Below the pieces are notes generated by a model. It was not told the origin of the DNA, made no database searches, and saw nothing but the letters and a program-made list of their open reading frames with translations. DNA of 64,000 bases from Blastocystis sp. Blastoise (lineage: Eukaryota; Protista; Bigyra: Opalinata), in NCBI GenBank assembly GCA_039096225.1, contig JBBPEB010000007.1, positions 124,001 through 188,000 on the forward strand. The letters run 5' to 3'. Shown here piece by piece: positions 1-18,142 of this stretch. The translations under genes and the position numbers were made by a program. The first letter of the stretch is position 1. Each line of letters starts with the position of its first letter.

Positions 1-593
1 CCATAAAAAATGTTTTTCTTTGGTTTATTTTTGTAATAGTTTATAGACTCTTTCTGTTATTTGAAAGCAATTTTTATTTATAAAAGTGTTATGTAGATAT
101 TAGAAACATGAATAGGAATCATTTGAGTATAATAACATAGTATTTAATACGTATATCTGTAATTAGCGTTAAATACCGTTTTTCATAATGATTTGGATGG
201 CTTTGAATTTAAATCGTTTTTGAATAGATTTTGTGGAGTAATATGTAATATATCTTAATAAACATTTTTTATTATAAAGACAAATTTGATCTTGTTATTT
301 TAAAAAAATAAGGTAGATATCTTATTTCAAACCCTTCTGATATATTATTATCATGAGTAATGAACTAAAATCTATTTTTATTACTTGATAAAGAATAATG
401 AATACAAAAACATCGAAAAATCACAAAATAAGAAGATAAAAACAATTAAAAATACAAGAAAATCATTAAAAAAGTCAAAAAATACTCAACAAATAAGTAT
501 CGTAAAGAGAATTGTTAGATTTCCAATAAATACAAATGAATGTATATATATGTTGAATAAAGAAGGATAGATATAGATATGAATAATATAAGT

Positions 594-2168
594 TTACTTA
601 GCAAAGGTGATATGAAGTCTAGTTTTACCATCAAATGTATATCCTTTCATTTCTTCTAATGCTTTCATACTATCTGCTATACTCTGGAAATCTAAGAAAC
701 ATAAACCGCGGGAAATAACATAACGGGCACTAATGAATCCATCAAATCTATATATATATATATATTATATATGATTATTAAATAATATTAAAAGGAGCTA
801 ATATTTAATGATTCTGAGAGTATCACTGTTATATATATATACTATACTATACTATACTATAATAATATACTTGCTAAATAATTGTGTCATATATTCTTCA
901 GTAGCCATAGCAGGTAAATCAACACACATTAATAATTTATTAGGGGGATTATTTGGTAATTTAACCTATAGAATAAAAAGTAGTATACATATTATATTAT
1001 AAAAGATCGTTAATATAGTATAAATATATAAATAAAATAAATAAAATAATAAAAATAATATAAATAAAAAAATATATAACACAATAAAATAATAAAAATA
1101 ATAAATAAAAATGAATATAAACAATATAAATATACTTGAGGAGTGACTTGTTTAACAAGAGGAACTTGGCCCATTTCTTCATTGTCTTCTCCTTCTTCAT
1201 TATTCCCGTGATTATCTTTGCTATTTCCAAGAGGATGAACATAAGGTTTCTTAGGTCGAGGAATATATGTACCGTCTTTCTTTGTAATGAAATCAGATTC
1301 CATCTTTGCAAAAGAAATGATCTATATATATATATATAGTAATAGAAAACTTATACTAATAAAATTAAAGAATATAAACATAATAATATATAAAAATATA
1401 TAAAAATATATAAATATATATAAATATATATAAATATATATAAATATATATAAAAATATAAAAAAATATATAAAAATATAAAAAAATATAAAAAAATATA
1501 TAAAAATATATAAATATATATATATATAATATACATAGATTACATACCATAGATCGTTTATATAGTTCAACTCCACTCATTTTATTCTTAGCACGAACAG
1601 CATCTTCGATATTTTCAAACACTATCCATGCTTGACCCTTATAAGCAAATCGTTGTTCTCCCACGGTAATATTCAAAATCTTACCGAATTGAATAAAGAC
1701 ACCATAAAGAGCTTTTCGTAAAGATTGAGGTTTTACACTCATTTTTATATTTTTTATATAAAGAGTATGTTTTGCATCTTCAGGAATAACAAGAGGTTCA
1801 GATTCTGTATTTTGAGTTTCAATTTGAGGAACAGCTGCTACTATAGGATTCACAGGAGCTACAGGAATCATAGGATTCACACCAGGTATAGGAGCCATAG
1901 GATTCACACCAGGTATAGGAACCATAGGAGCAACACCCTGTTGTGGTGGCATCATGGGTGCACCCATAACCATAGGTTGCTGATAAGGCATTTGAAGAGG
2001 AGCAGGTGCTCCAGTAGGAAGTTGAGGAGGTAACATATTTGTCATAGGAGGCATAGGTAACTGTTGTTGAGTTGCATTGACGGGAGGTAATGGGATGGAA
2101 GCAGGTTGTTGAGCAGGTATATCTTCTTCCATTCCAGGAGCAGTTTCTACGTTATTTTCAATTTCCAT
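594..2168 (-). CDS. U1A/U2B''/SNF-family two-RRM snRNP protein (4 exons) with Pro/Met/Gln-rich N-terminal extension
   Basis: RRM1 TLYIKNI...LRKALYGVFIQFGKILNI...YKGQAWIVF...MIISFAKMESD. RRM2 PPNKLLMCVDLP...GLCFLDF...LHITFAK*. All three introns are GT-AG. U1A cannot be told from U2B'' by eye. Confidence 0.85.
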
Positions 2169-2556
2169 CTATATCAAAAAACAAATTAGAATCAAATTAC
2201 AACAATAAAATATCCTTAAACCGAAATAAATGATATAATAATAGTTAGTTTAAAAAATATCATGCATATATATTATATATACTCTCTTGTAGGCGTCAAT
2301 AATATTCAATTAAAAGGAAAATTTTTTTATTTGATTTGCTAGTTAAGCGCATTTCCATAAAAATTAATAATTTTTCGCGTATATTTATCAATATTTCTCT
2401 GATTATTATTTAGAATCGATGTTGCTGATTTCATCTGAAACAAAAAGTCATCGTCTTTTTCCCCATGAGTATTCTCAACCAACTTTTTTTTGACTAAAAC
2501 TTTCTTAACTTTCAAAGTATTGTCTGCATCTTTAGGCTTCTGTTTTTGTATAAGCA

Positions 2557-4714
2557 ATGTCAAGAACCTCTGAGATATTCAAATATCAACAACTCCAGCA
2601 AAAGAAAATTGAGTTAGAAGGAAAATTACAAGTTCAATATGTTCCTAAAACCAACGAAGTGAAGTTATATGGAAACATGCATACTTATAATATGCCTCCT
2701 ATGATTGCAGAAAATATTTATGAATCCTATTATTTCCATCGTCTTTTGGATATTCAAACCTTTGAAGACGTTTGTGAAGAGGCAAGAAATTCTCTGAAAG
2801 ATGTTGGTATGCTTATTTTTACATATATATATATTTATATATATTTATATCTTTTTACATATATTTACATATATTTACATATATCTACATTTTTAAAACT
2901 AAAGAATTATTTGCCAAAGTTAATTATGTTTGCCAATTAATTATTATATTTCTATCTCTAGAGCCATTGGTGGTGGGTACATCGCGTCACCCTTCGACTG
3001 CCTTTTGTATCTTATTAAAGTTCTTTATGTATCGTCTCTCTTATACAGAATTATTTGATTTATTAAAAGAAAAAGTATAGATATTATAGTATACTATAGC
3101 TTTTGATATGGTCATTTCTTTTTCGTTTATTTTGTAATAGTAAGAATCAATATACAATTATTACTATTATAAATTTGATACCATTTAATATATTCTTCAT
3201 TATTATTTATTTCTTATTGCTTGAATATCTTTCTTTGTCTATATATTTATTTAAAATTATATTTTACCATATTTGAAAGCATCACTATTATAATATTCTC
3301 TCTCTCTATATATATATACTGCTTATCTTCTCTTTAATTCTATATATATATATATATAGAAATGTTTATATTTACGTTGTATTGGGTTTCTCTATATACG
3401 ATATGGTATAGAGCCAAAAGACTTGTGGAAGTGGCTATCTCCTTATTTCGATGAAGGACAACTATTTGCTCCCTCTCATGATAAATCCTATCAAATGTAT
3501 ATATATATATATATATAATTTACTATCATTTCATTTTTATTATGTATATTATGTATCTTATTCTATATATTATGTATCTTATTCTATATATTATTTTTCT
3601 TATTCTATATATTATTTATCTTATTATATATATATATATATATTCTCCTTCTCTTTCTATCCTCTTTTATTCTTTTTATCTATTTCTATTTATATATATT
3701 TAATTATATTTATATTTAATTATATTTATATATATCTAATTATATTTATATTTATATATATTTAATTATTTTTATATTATATTTATATTTATATATATTT
3801 AATTATATTTATATTATATATATATATATCTATATATATCTATATGTATATATCTCTATAGAACTATAGGTGAATATGTGCAACGTTTAATTGATGAAAA
3901 GAATTATTACAGTATACTTCTTTCCTCTATTCCTATCCCTCTAAAGAGAGAAATGTCTGCTAATATTATCAAGTTAAATGTCATGAAGGATTTACCCAGA
4001 ATATATACAAATAAACAAGCAACACACCCAGTAGCAGGAGCACACGTCAAAGCACTCTATAGCGCAGATATGCAAGTATAGATATTATTATATATATATT
4101 TTCTATACTTATTTATTATATAAATTTATTATATTTATTATATAAATTTATTATATTTATTATACTTATATATAGTGGTACCCAGCTGTGATTGTATCTG
4201 ATAATAAAGATGACACATACTGCGTCATGTACGAAGGATATGGAAATAAAGAAACACGTGCACGATATCATATCTTAGTAGAAGGAGAAGAATTAGATCT
4301 GTATATATATATATATAAATATATATTAATTCTAGTATATTATTTTATTTGCTAATATATATATACTTAAATCTATTTTATATTATTTATTTTTTATATA
4401 ATATTCACTATTATATATATATATAGTAATCCAGATTCCAAGAAGGAATCTGCTGTTGATGATTATCGATCAAAAGATAAAGAAAGAAATACATATAAAG
4501 ATGATTCTAAAGATGAATATAGAGATCCCTCAAGAGATCGATATAATCATTCTCATTCTCATAATCATAGTCCCAGTGAAGATCGACGAGTACGTAGTCA
4601 TAGTCGTGACAACCATCGTAGTCATCATAGTCATAACCGCGGTTATAGTCGTGAAGATAGTCATAGTCATCGCAGTCATTACCGTGATTATAGTCGGGGA
4701 CATAGTCGAGATAC

Positions 4715-4747
<33 letters not shown>

Positions 4748-5254
4748 AATAATTATTATTATTCAATAGGTTATATACATAATAAGTATAATAATAATAG
4801 TAATATATATATATATACTCATAGTAGAAGCCGTCGTCGATCTAGTCGAAGCCCTAGTGACGGATCCTATCGTCATCGTGACCGTTACAGTCGCTCCCCC
4901 GTGCGTCACGTCAGTCCAGATTTATTAAAACACGGTGATCTTGATAATAATAAGTTATTAGAATTAGTTCGAGAGAAAGAAAGAGATAATGTCGTTGCTC
5001 ATGGCCGTCATTATGCAGATACCGTGAAACATCAAAAAGCTATGTTTATGGTGAAACAGGACACGTTTACAGGGAGAAAACGAAGTCGATCCACTTCTAT
5101 AGATAGACATTATACTCGAATTACACAAGAACCTATTGCGTCGTCACCTACTGCGTCACCCAAACCGAAATTTGAGCCAACAGAACGTCTTGAAAATCTT
5201 ATTAATAAATATGGTGCGAGTAAATCGGATTATAAAGATAATTATGATGATTAA
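2557..5254 (+). CDS. PRPF38B: Pre-mRNA splicing factor PRP38B-like, with Tudor-like domain and RS-rich tail (7 exons)
   Basis: YGNMHTYNMPPMIAENIYESYYF, PSTAFCILLKFF and YLRCIGFLYIRY...DLWKWLSPY match PRP38. Then KALYSADMQWYPAVIV...VMYEGYGNKE (Tudor-like) and SR/HS repeats. Six GT-AG introns keep frame. Confidence 0.9.
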
Positions 5255-5952
5255 AATGAAGAAGTCATATATACTATTATATACTATTATATTAATATAT
5301 ATATAATATAATCTAGTATTTATGATTTCATTATTATTTATATATATTATGTTTTTTTAAAATTGTTGTGATTATCGTTGTAGAATTCTATTGATGCATA
5401 TATATGCATATTTGTTTGTTATTTATTGTCCCTATGTTTATGTACAAAATTATCATTTTCTTATTTGTATATATCTATTTTTGATAATATATAAATATAT
5501 ATTTCTATGTGAATAGAGTCAATCAAGTATATATTATTTTAAAAGGAATATTATTTAAAAATTATCATTGATAAACAAATAGGAATTCTATCTTTATATA
5601 TTCTTTGTACTCACATTAGGTTTATGATATTTTCATAGATACTATTGTAATTTTTTATATTTGAATAATCAATTTGTCTAAAGTATCAAAAGAACTCCTA
5701 ATATATAATAATAAGGAGATACAAAGTATAATGAAATGATAAGTTTTATTAATTGTTAATGTTTTTAAAGGAGAACTTAAAGAATATCATTTTATTGATA
5801 TTTATAAATAATAATCATATTATTTTATCTTTTAACAATAAACTAGGATATAGTTGAACAATATACACATTAAGTACATACATAAGAAAAATAAAAATTG
5901 AAAAAGAAGAAAAGGAAGAAGAAGAAAAAAGAGAATAATGATATTATTATGT

Positions 5953-9136
<3,184 letters not shown>

Positions 9137-9243
9137 AGTTCTGATTTTCTTATTAATTAAGAATGATAAATGATGATACTATGAAAGAAAAGACAAAAAA
9201 ATGTTTTCTATTTTATAGATTTTTATAAAACCGTAAATTAATT

Positions 9244-10692
9244 ATGTTAGCAAATAAAGTTTCTGCTGTTTTTGGAGTTGCAAATAAATACTCAATAGCT
9301 TGGGAAGTGGCAAAAGTATTGTGAATAGTTTGATAGTATTGATGAGTGAGCTATATAGAATTTAAGAAAACAGGGGAGTCATGTTGCTATTGTATATCAG
9401 AATGAAAGGTTCAAACAAGGAATTGAAAAGATGATTGAGAAAGAAATGCAAGTCGTATTTGCAATTTTCCTTTTTTTTAAATGAAATTATATATTTGTAT
9501 AGGATGATAAGAGTCCATATTTATTATTACAATGTGATGTTACAGATAAAAAGCAAATTGATGATACTTGTGAACAAATACGTAAGTGTTGATAAATAAA
9601 AAGTCTTATGAAACAAAAAATTTATGTATATAGAAGACAAATATAAGAAACTAGATTTTTTGTTCCATAGCATTGCTCATGCTCCATCATCTTGTTTAAA
9701 AGTATGATAATAATAATAGTAATGATATTATTATAAATATTCAATGATACTACTATTTATTATATATACATATAAAGAAGCCTTTATCCGAAATGACTGA
9801 AGAAGAATTTTTAGAAACACAAAAGATATCTTCATACTCATTAGTATATATTTATTATAGATCATTAATCCTATAATAAATAATCAATCTATATATAATA
9901 ATACTTCTTAATCTATAGATATCCTTAATTCATGCATATAAACCATTATTGAATCAGAGTTTAAATCCTTCCGTTTGCACTCTATCTTTTATTGGAGGGG
10001 AAAGAGTATATCCTAATTACGCGCCAATGGGACCCGCCAAAGCTACACTTGAATGTCTTGTTAAATATCTAGCCACAGAAATGGTATTTTATTTATATAT
10101 ATACTATATTAATTTATTAGAATTGATTATATATATATATTGATTTAGTATAGTAGATACTAGATGCTATATTATTAATTTATTAGAATAAATTATATAT
10201 ACTATATTAATTTATTAGAATAAATTATATATACTATATTAGTTTATTAGAATAGATTATATATCTATATGTTTAGGGTCCAAAAAATATTCGTGTGAAT
10301 TGTATTCGTTCCGCGCCAATTTCTACTGTTGCCGCCAAAGGCTTACAAGGTTTTAATGTATATATGTGTAGTATTATAAGATTATATATATATATATACC
10401 TAAAAAAGATTCTTTCTATATCCATATTATTTGATAATACTCTATTTTTATGCACTATAGGAAATGAAGAATACTTTAAAAAGCATTCAACCTTTGTCAT
10501 ATGATATTATACCTCAATATGTTGCAAATACCGCGGTTTTTCTGGCATCCGACTTATCACTTGGTATTACAGGAGATATTATTCATGGTATATATATATA
10601 TATGTTTTAATGATTTATAAGTGATATTTAAATCTAATTATGATTGTTATCTTTTTATATATATAGTTGATGGTGGACAGCATTTACGTTAG
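9244..10692 (+). CDS. fabI: Enoyl-ACP reductase (NADH), bacterial FabI type, 9 exons
   Basis: FGVANKYSIAW, QCDVT, HSIAHAP, ISSYSL, YAPMGPAK (Yx6K), IRVNCIRSAPISTVAA, ITGDIIHVDGG. Exons 9244-9315, 9359-9451, 9503-9581, 9634-9701, 9778-9843, 9919-10083, 10277-10357, 10461-10587, 10667-10692. Confidence 0.93.
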
Positions 10693-11132
10693 ATTATTAT
10701 GTGTTAAGGATCCTTACAAATATAATCGCTTTGCTTATATTAAAAGAGAGTTTTTTTATATATATATTATAGAAGTCTATAGTTCTAAAGAAGTATGAAG
10801 AAACAATACAAGAGAAAACTGTGTTTAGTTAAGAATAGAAATATGTGTATAGAAGACACAAGAAGCAAAAAAATAATTACGTTTCTGGCAAATAAGAATA
10901 AAAGAATGAAAATGATAAAAAAATAAGTAAAAGCAAAAAAGAAAATATAATGAAGAATAAAGTAAATTGTATTTAAAGAATATAAATACTTTGAATATAA
11001 TATATAAATAGAATAAAAGTTTAACGAATAATAGAATGAAGAAAAAAATGATTAAGAAGAAAAATATGTATATATGAAGACATAGTGGGATGTGGTTTAT
11101 AAATATATATGTGACTATTAAAGAGTATAGAA

Positions 11133-12453
11133 TTAAGATAAAGGACTTATCTTATCAGTTGCAAAGAATGAAGAGGCCGACGAACTTCGACGAACTTGTA
11201 CTAGATAGATAATAATAATAAGTATTATAAAGGTATAACAATAATAAACATAATAAACATAATAATAATAAACATAATAATATATATATATACCTTCTTC
11301 TAGTTCAACATTTAATTTTGGATCACGAACTACTTCTATAATAAAATAAATATAATAATAAATATAATAATAAACATAATATACCAGAATGTGCATGCAT
11401 ATTATACTGTTGTGATTCTTTATTATACTTTTCAAGTTTCATTTGAGTTTTCTTCAGTTTATTTTTTCTTTCTTTTTTAATTAAAAAAGAATATCTAAAT
11501 AAATAAAAACGAATAATATATAAATCAATATATAGATACGTTGTTTCATGCAGATAGATAAGTCGAATATGAAAGAAAAGGAGTTGAAGTATATATCCTA
11601 GTGGAATTATGTTGATAATAAGAATAACCGCAAGAATTATCATATATACATAATAAGGAAGACTTATAGATATGTAATTAGCAAATACTATATATATGTA
11701 GATTAAAATAAATAAATAAATAAAATAATAAATAAAATAATAAATAAACAATGTATATATATATTTACATGTAGAGTCTGCTAGAGATGGATTGATAATG
11801 AAAATAATTACTAAATATATGCTTGCTAAACAATTAATAAGTAACATTATTGAACAAGCAACTAGAAGGCTTATAAATAATCTATAGCATAGACAAATAT
11901 AGGTAATAAAAATATTTTTAATTTAATAACATAAATAAAATTATTATAAAATAATAAATACGCAAAATTTACATAATAAAAAACATAATAAAAAAAAAAA
12001 TAACATACGAATAATTTGACTTTCCAATACAGTTATTTAGCCAAAGACAATGATGATCAAAATTCTCGATGCATTTCTGACATTTTCGACAATGTTTCGT
12101 AGTTTTTGGAATATGTGCATTACATAAATAACAATAACAAGGCAATTCACGATTCTATATATAGTTAAGAAATAATTGATTTATATGAACCAAATTGACC
12201 AGAGATAAATTTAAAAATAAAGACATACATCTTTCTCAATAGAAGGATCTTTTGGATCAGTGATAGTTGTGACAATACAAAGTGTTATAACTGTTACTGA
12301 AGATAAGACACTTAAAACAAAGAAGATATATTGAAAAGGTGTATCTAAAAGAGGCGCTAAAATAAACAATGAACACATTATCAGTACAACAGTCAAAACC
12401 CATGAATAGATTTGCATAACTTCAAAAGGTCGTTGAAAACCATTTCTATGCAT
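11133..12453 (-). CDS. DHHC protein S-acyltransferase (ZDHHC1/11-like)
   Basis: MHRNGFQRP start, two TMs, TDPKD, CYLC...KHCRKCQKCIENFDHHCLWLNNCIGKSNY, two further TMs, FFHIRL...ETTY. Confidence 0.92.
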
Positions 12454-12832
12454 TCTTACTATATATTTACATTTATTTATTAAAAAAGTCACACATTACA
12501 TACAATTTGTTATATTTCAAGATTTGGATATCTAAGTTGTCTGAGATTTTTGATAAAAATACTATTCAGATCTATACAATTCAACGATGAATAACAATGT
12601 ATAATCTGAATAATGACTAAAAGAATACTGTGAACAGAATGAAAACACAATGGGATTTCTTCATTCTTTTTATGATTATTTCAAGATTTTACTTAATAAA
12701 ATTGATATTTCCGTGATTGTCAATAATGATTCACATTTCATGATTATTTTAATGATATCTAGTCAGAATTCCATTTCAATCTTTTTTTAATATTAAATGA
12801 AAAATTCATTTGTTTTTATTTAAAAAGCTGCG

Positions 12833-14888
12833 ATGCCAAAGTTACTTACTGGAGACCTTATAGAAGGAGATAAACGAATTGAAAAAGAGGATGGAACTGT
12901 GGAAATTCCTGCATCTCAAAGAGCTGATGGATCATGGAGACCTACAATAAAAGTAAAAAAAGGTTACATTCCTCCTGAAGAAATTGGTGTTTATAAAAGT
13001 GTTGGAATGCGTGTAATTTATAATAATTCTAACTTATATTATTATGTTATAGAAACGAGAAGAAGAAGAAATGAAAAAAGCAATGGAAAAATCACAAACA
13101 GAGTATATATATGCTTTTTCTATTGTTTATAGTTTTGTAAATGTTATTAGTATATGAATTATTTGATTATTTCTATAGGATATCAAGAAATAGTTCAAAT
13201 GGATTGAAAGATAATAAAAATGATAATAAAGATGAGAATAAAAATGATAACAAAGATGATAATAAAAAAGAAATTAAAAATGATATTAAAAATGAGAATA
13301 AAACTGAAAATAATACAAATTCTGAAAATAAGTCTAGTGAAACTGAATATCCATCTGAAAAACAAGTTATTTATTCACAACCTGTTGAGATTCTAGAGGA
13401 GCCATTAGGTACTGTTAATTCTATAAATGAGAATGTTGATATTAATAAAGATACTTCTTCTTGTGAACAAAATAATTTAAATATTCATACAGAATCTTCT
13501 GAATCTGTAGTTTATTTGAAAATATCTACTGAAGATGATAAGAAGAAAGATAATAATGATAATAATACTATTGATAAGAAGAATGATAATAATGATAATA
13601 ATAAAAACGAAAATAATAATAATAAATCTGTAACAAAAGATGATTCAAAACTTGTATATATCTTATAATAACAAAATATATTTTATTTAATTTATAAGAC
13701 TCTATTTTATAGAATACTTCAACGTTATCTTCAACATCTATACCTATTATTCCTGCTTCTATTTCTATTCAATCAGTAAATAGAGTAAATAGTGAAATTG
13801 ATAAGAATAAAATAGAAGATATATCTATAAAGAAAACACTTCCAGCAACTATAAAGAAATCAGATAAAAAAGGATCATCATTAGATTCTATATTGGCAGA
13901 ATTAAAGAGTAATAATAATAATAATAATAATAATAATATTTTGGTTAATAATAATAATAACAATAATAATAGATATAATAATAATAATAATAATAGCTAT
14001 AATAATAATAGATATAATAGATATAATAATGATAATAATAATCAATCTAGATATAATGATAATAATGATAATAATAATCAATCTAAATATAATAATAATA
14101 ATAATAGATATAATAATGATAATAATAATCAATCTAGATATAATGATAATAATAATCAATCTAAATATAATGATAATAAGAATCAATCTAGATATAATGA
14201 TAATAATCAACATAAATATAATGATAATAATAATCAACATAAATATAATGAAAATAATCAATCTAGATATAATGATAATAATAATCAATCTAGATATAAT
14301 GATAATAATCAATCTAGATATAATAATGAAAGAACTCATTATTATACTCATAATACTCGTTCTAAATATAATAATAGACAAGTCACAATTGAGTATAGAA
14401 ATGATATAAAGAAAGAAACAGAATCACAATCATTGGATGATCTTAAAAAGAGAAATTGTATTCTATTTGTTTATTATGTTTTTTTTTCTATTCTCTATGT
14501 AACACTCTTTCAGATATATATTGATCATATATTTTCTATAGTTAATCCTTATGAGAGAGAACGACAAATTAGAGCCGATTTAAAAGCTATTAAGAATATT
14601 GAACTTATTCTATCAAGTCATGAAGAACTCACGTATTTTTATATTTTCTTTATTCGTTAATATTATCGTTTTTTTCACGTCTTCCTCCATATTATTATTA
14701 TTATCATTTATATATATTCTATCATAGAGCCGAACAAAGAAAATTATATGAATCAAAAGATTCCCTTCTCGAAGAATTAAGTCATTTTTGAAAATCATAC
14801 TGTTTCTAAAAAGAATTTTTTTTTTGAAAACTATATTGCATATTCTAGGTGTGCATTATTGATTCACTATTTATGGTTGAATTTATAA
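12833..14888 (+). CDS. PYM1: Partner of Y14 and Mago (PYM/WIBG) with long Asn-rich insertion
   Basis: IPASQRADGSWRPTIKVKKGYIPPEE is the Mago-binding domain. C-terminal helix RQIRADLKAIKNIELI...LTAEQRKLYESKDSLLEEL. Exact C-terminus uncertain. Confidence 0.85.
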
Positions 14889-15269
14889 ACTTAAAACTGA
14901 AATTCTCGTTTATTTATTTATTTCTTTAAAAAAGAAATGCACTCAAAAAATTATAATCAAAGATATCTTGTGTAAATTCAAGCAACCATTTTTAAAATGT
15001 TAACATGATAAATACTGATAAAAAAAAATGAATGAATGACTTTGCTATTAGACATAAATTCTACAGTTAATTATATTGAAGAACATATTGACTGAATGAA
15101 TACAAATCACAATAAATAGTGAATACGATAGGTTTTACAGAAAATAAACGATAATAAAAGAATGAAACTGATTCTCCTGGAAATCGTTTTAGTGGTCCCT
15201 ATTATTCAGAAAAGTTTTTTGGGGATTGTAAGGAAATTGATTCTATCTTTTTTGTTACTAACTATTAAT

Positions 15270-17141
15270 ATGGCTACAGAATTATATGCATTTCATCTAT
15301 ATTTAACTCATATTAAGTATAAGTCTCAAATTCCATTTAGTGCTTCACACACCATTCAGATCACTATTGGGAATATGTCACATTCATGTAATTTGAAGAT
15401 AACTGGTGATACAGGATGTTCACAAGATCAAATAGAATTTCTGTCTGAGAAGAAGGAAACTGCTGTTCGATTTGCTCTGTATGATGTTTAAGACATAATA
15501 TACATAATATATTTTATTTATATCTCTCTAGATTTCGTGGAAATAGTCAATTTGCTCAAGAAACTCTAGCGTGTACAAATTGTATATAGATTTATATAGT
15601 TTATAAATAAAATAATAAGACATAGTTGTTGATATTTATATAATCTTATTGTATCTTTAGTAAAAGATCATTGTATTATTGATATTTATGGTTGGGCAAA
15701 AACTGGTGTCTATGAATTAGTCGGTTTCTTAGATTTCTATGCACATTGGATTCCTAATAATAAGTGTATATATATATATAGATTTATTATATAATTATAT
15801 AATTATTTATTATAATTATTTTTTTTATCCTATATTTATGTAATGATGATTATGTATATGATGATTCTTATTATTTATATGATTTTTATTATATTATAAA
15901 ATAATATATATATATAGCTTCTTTAGATATTGAGAATTCTTCAGACACTCAGGCATTATTATCATTATCTCCAAGTATTATATATATATATATAATAATA
16001 ATAATAATTTCTTTTTTTAATAATTATCATGATACTTAAAATATATATATATATATACATTACTTTTTTTTTAGAATTTCTTACTTATCTATTCAATTAT
16101 TTTATTTTTTAAAATAGAATAGAATTTAATTTATTATTTTAATTACAAATATATAATATATAATATATAATATATAATATATAATATATAATATATAATA
16201 TATAATATATAATATATAATATATAATATATAATATATAATATATAATATATATATATATATATAGAGAATGGTAGTTATTATAAATATGAGTCTTGTAC
16301 TGTGTCTCATTATCAAGTGCCTCAAGGTATATATAGTGGTGAGTTTTGTAATAAGAGAATGAATGGAAGTGGTCAATTATTATTAAGTAATGGAGATAGT
16401 TATAAGGGTTCCTTTGTTAATAATAAAATAGAAGGAAAAGGAATATATACCTATAATTCTGGTGATATTTATGAAGGTAGTTTTTGGGATAATCAGTTCT
16501 TTGGAAGTGGTTGTATTATATATGCAAATGGTAATCGACTAGAGATTGAAGAGAATGGTGAGAAATCGATGTATTATAATAATGGTGATTATTATAAAGG
16601 AGAATGGGAAGGATATATACCTGAAGGAGTAGGTATATATACATATTATAATGGTAATATATATGAAGGTGAATTTAATCATGGTTATTTTAATGGAATG
16701 GGTACTATGTATTATATAAATGGTGATATCTTTGAAGGTATATTTAAAGACGGTAAGAAGAATGGAGAAGGTATATATAAAATATGTAATATGAAATATC
16801 TTCAATGTCTTGGTAAGTTTATATGTATACGTCCTTATGATATTATTGATGGAAAATGGACTAATGATTATTGTGTTGAAATTATTAGTTCAACTGTTCA
16901 TAAACAACCGAAACTATTATTAAATTATATCAATAAAACAATGAAAAGGAAATCGAAAATGAATGTTGCTTGTTTTATAGGTCTATTTATCTTTCTTCTT
17001 CTGTTTTCTATTTTAACTATTACATTACTAGGTATCTATCATTTCTTATCAGATGAATTCTTACATCGTATTCTGGTTTATTTAACTTGTGGATTCACGG
17101 TCTCTCTTATATGCATTCTCTGTATTATTAATAATAATTAA
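15270..17141 (+). CDS. MORN-repeat protein with C2-like N-terminus and C-terminal transmembrane helices
   Basis: Several YEGxFxNxxxxGxGxYxYxNGD repeats in 16330-16790. Hydrophobic C-terminus. Four upstream exons join through GT-AG introns. Confidence 0.8.
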
Positions 17142-18142
17142 ATAGATATAATTTTTTAGTTATTCTTTTTCTTCTTAATTTTATATATATATATATATAA
17201 TATATTCACTTTATATATCTTCTATATACAACTTTTCTAATATATATATAATTTAGTACACGTATTTGTTTTTTTCATTCTTCAAATAAAGAAATTATAT
17301 ATATTTACTGTCAATTATGTATTTTCATATATATCTATTTTTATATAAATAGTATATCATCTATTCTATATATAATATTTCATTCTCTAAATATATATTA
17401 TTTATTTTATAAAGAATTTTTTAATGTTATATTTCTTAAATAGATATAGTCTTTATTATTTTTTTATATTTATATATATAATATTCTTTTCTTTTGTTAC
17501 ATATCTTGCCTATTTATATATTAATTAATATACATGATTCTATAGATGACATAATACTCTTTTTATTATTATTATTTCACTTGTTGATTATATACACTTA
17601 GTTATTACTCTTTAAAATTGATATAGCTATCTATATTTTTTTCAGTATATTTTCATTTATTCTTATTTTCCATATAGCTGTTTTGTTTTTTTTATAATCT
17701 GTAGACAGCACATTTAAAGAATTACTTTTCATTCTTCATTTTAATTAAAAAATAACATTATATATATCGTGATAAAATAAGTATTAACTTATAAGCTTGA
17801 TTTAAAAAGAATAATTGTAACCAATAATTGTTTATTCTCATAATAATACGATTCACAAAACAATAAAATAGAACAATAACGAAATTTTTAAAAATAATTA
17901 ACAAAAAACAAGTAAATAGAAAAATTATATATATATATTATATATATTTATATATATGGATTCAACACTTCATTCACAACTTCATCTGTATTAGTTAAAC
18001 ATACTTTAAAATAATTAACAAAAAAATATATAGATATAATATGTTGATTTTGAATCCTAGGAAAATATTTACTACTGATAAATGACATCACTTTTTATAT
18101 TATTAAGAATAATATTTTGTTCGATGAGAGATAGAGACCAAC

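Noticed and set aside
5413-5420. Blastocystis-type TGTTTGTT signal and poly(A)-completed stop codons
   Set aside because: One TGTTTGTT lies about 160 nt after the PRP38B stop, but every complete gene here has a genomic stop. The odd PYM tail (14790-14888) does not give a stop in the expected register.
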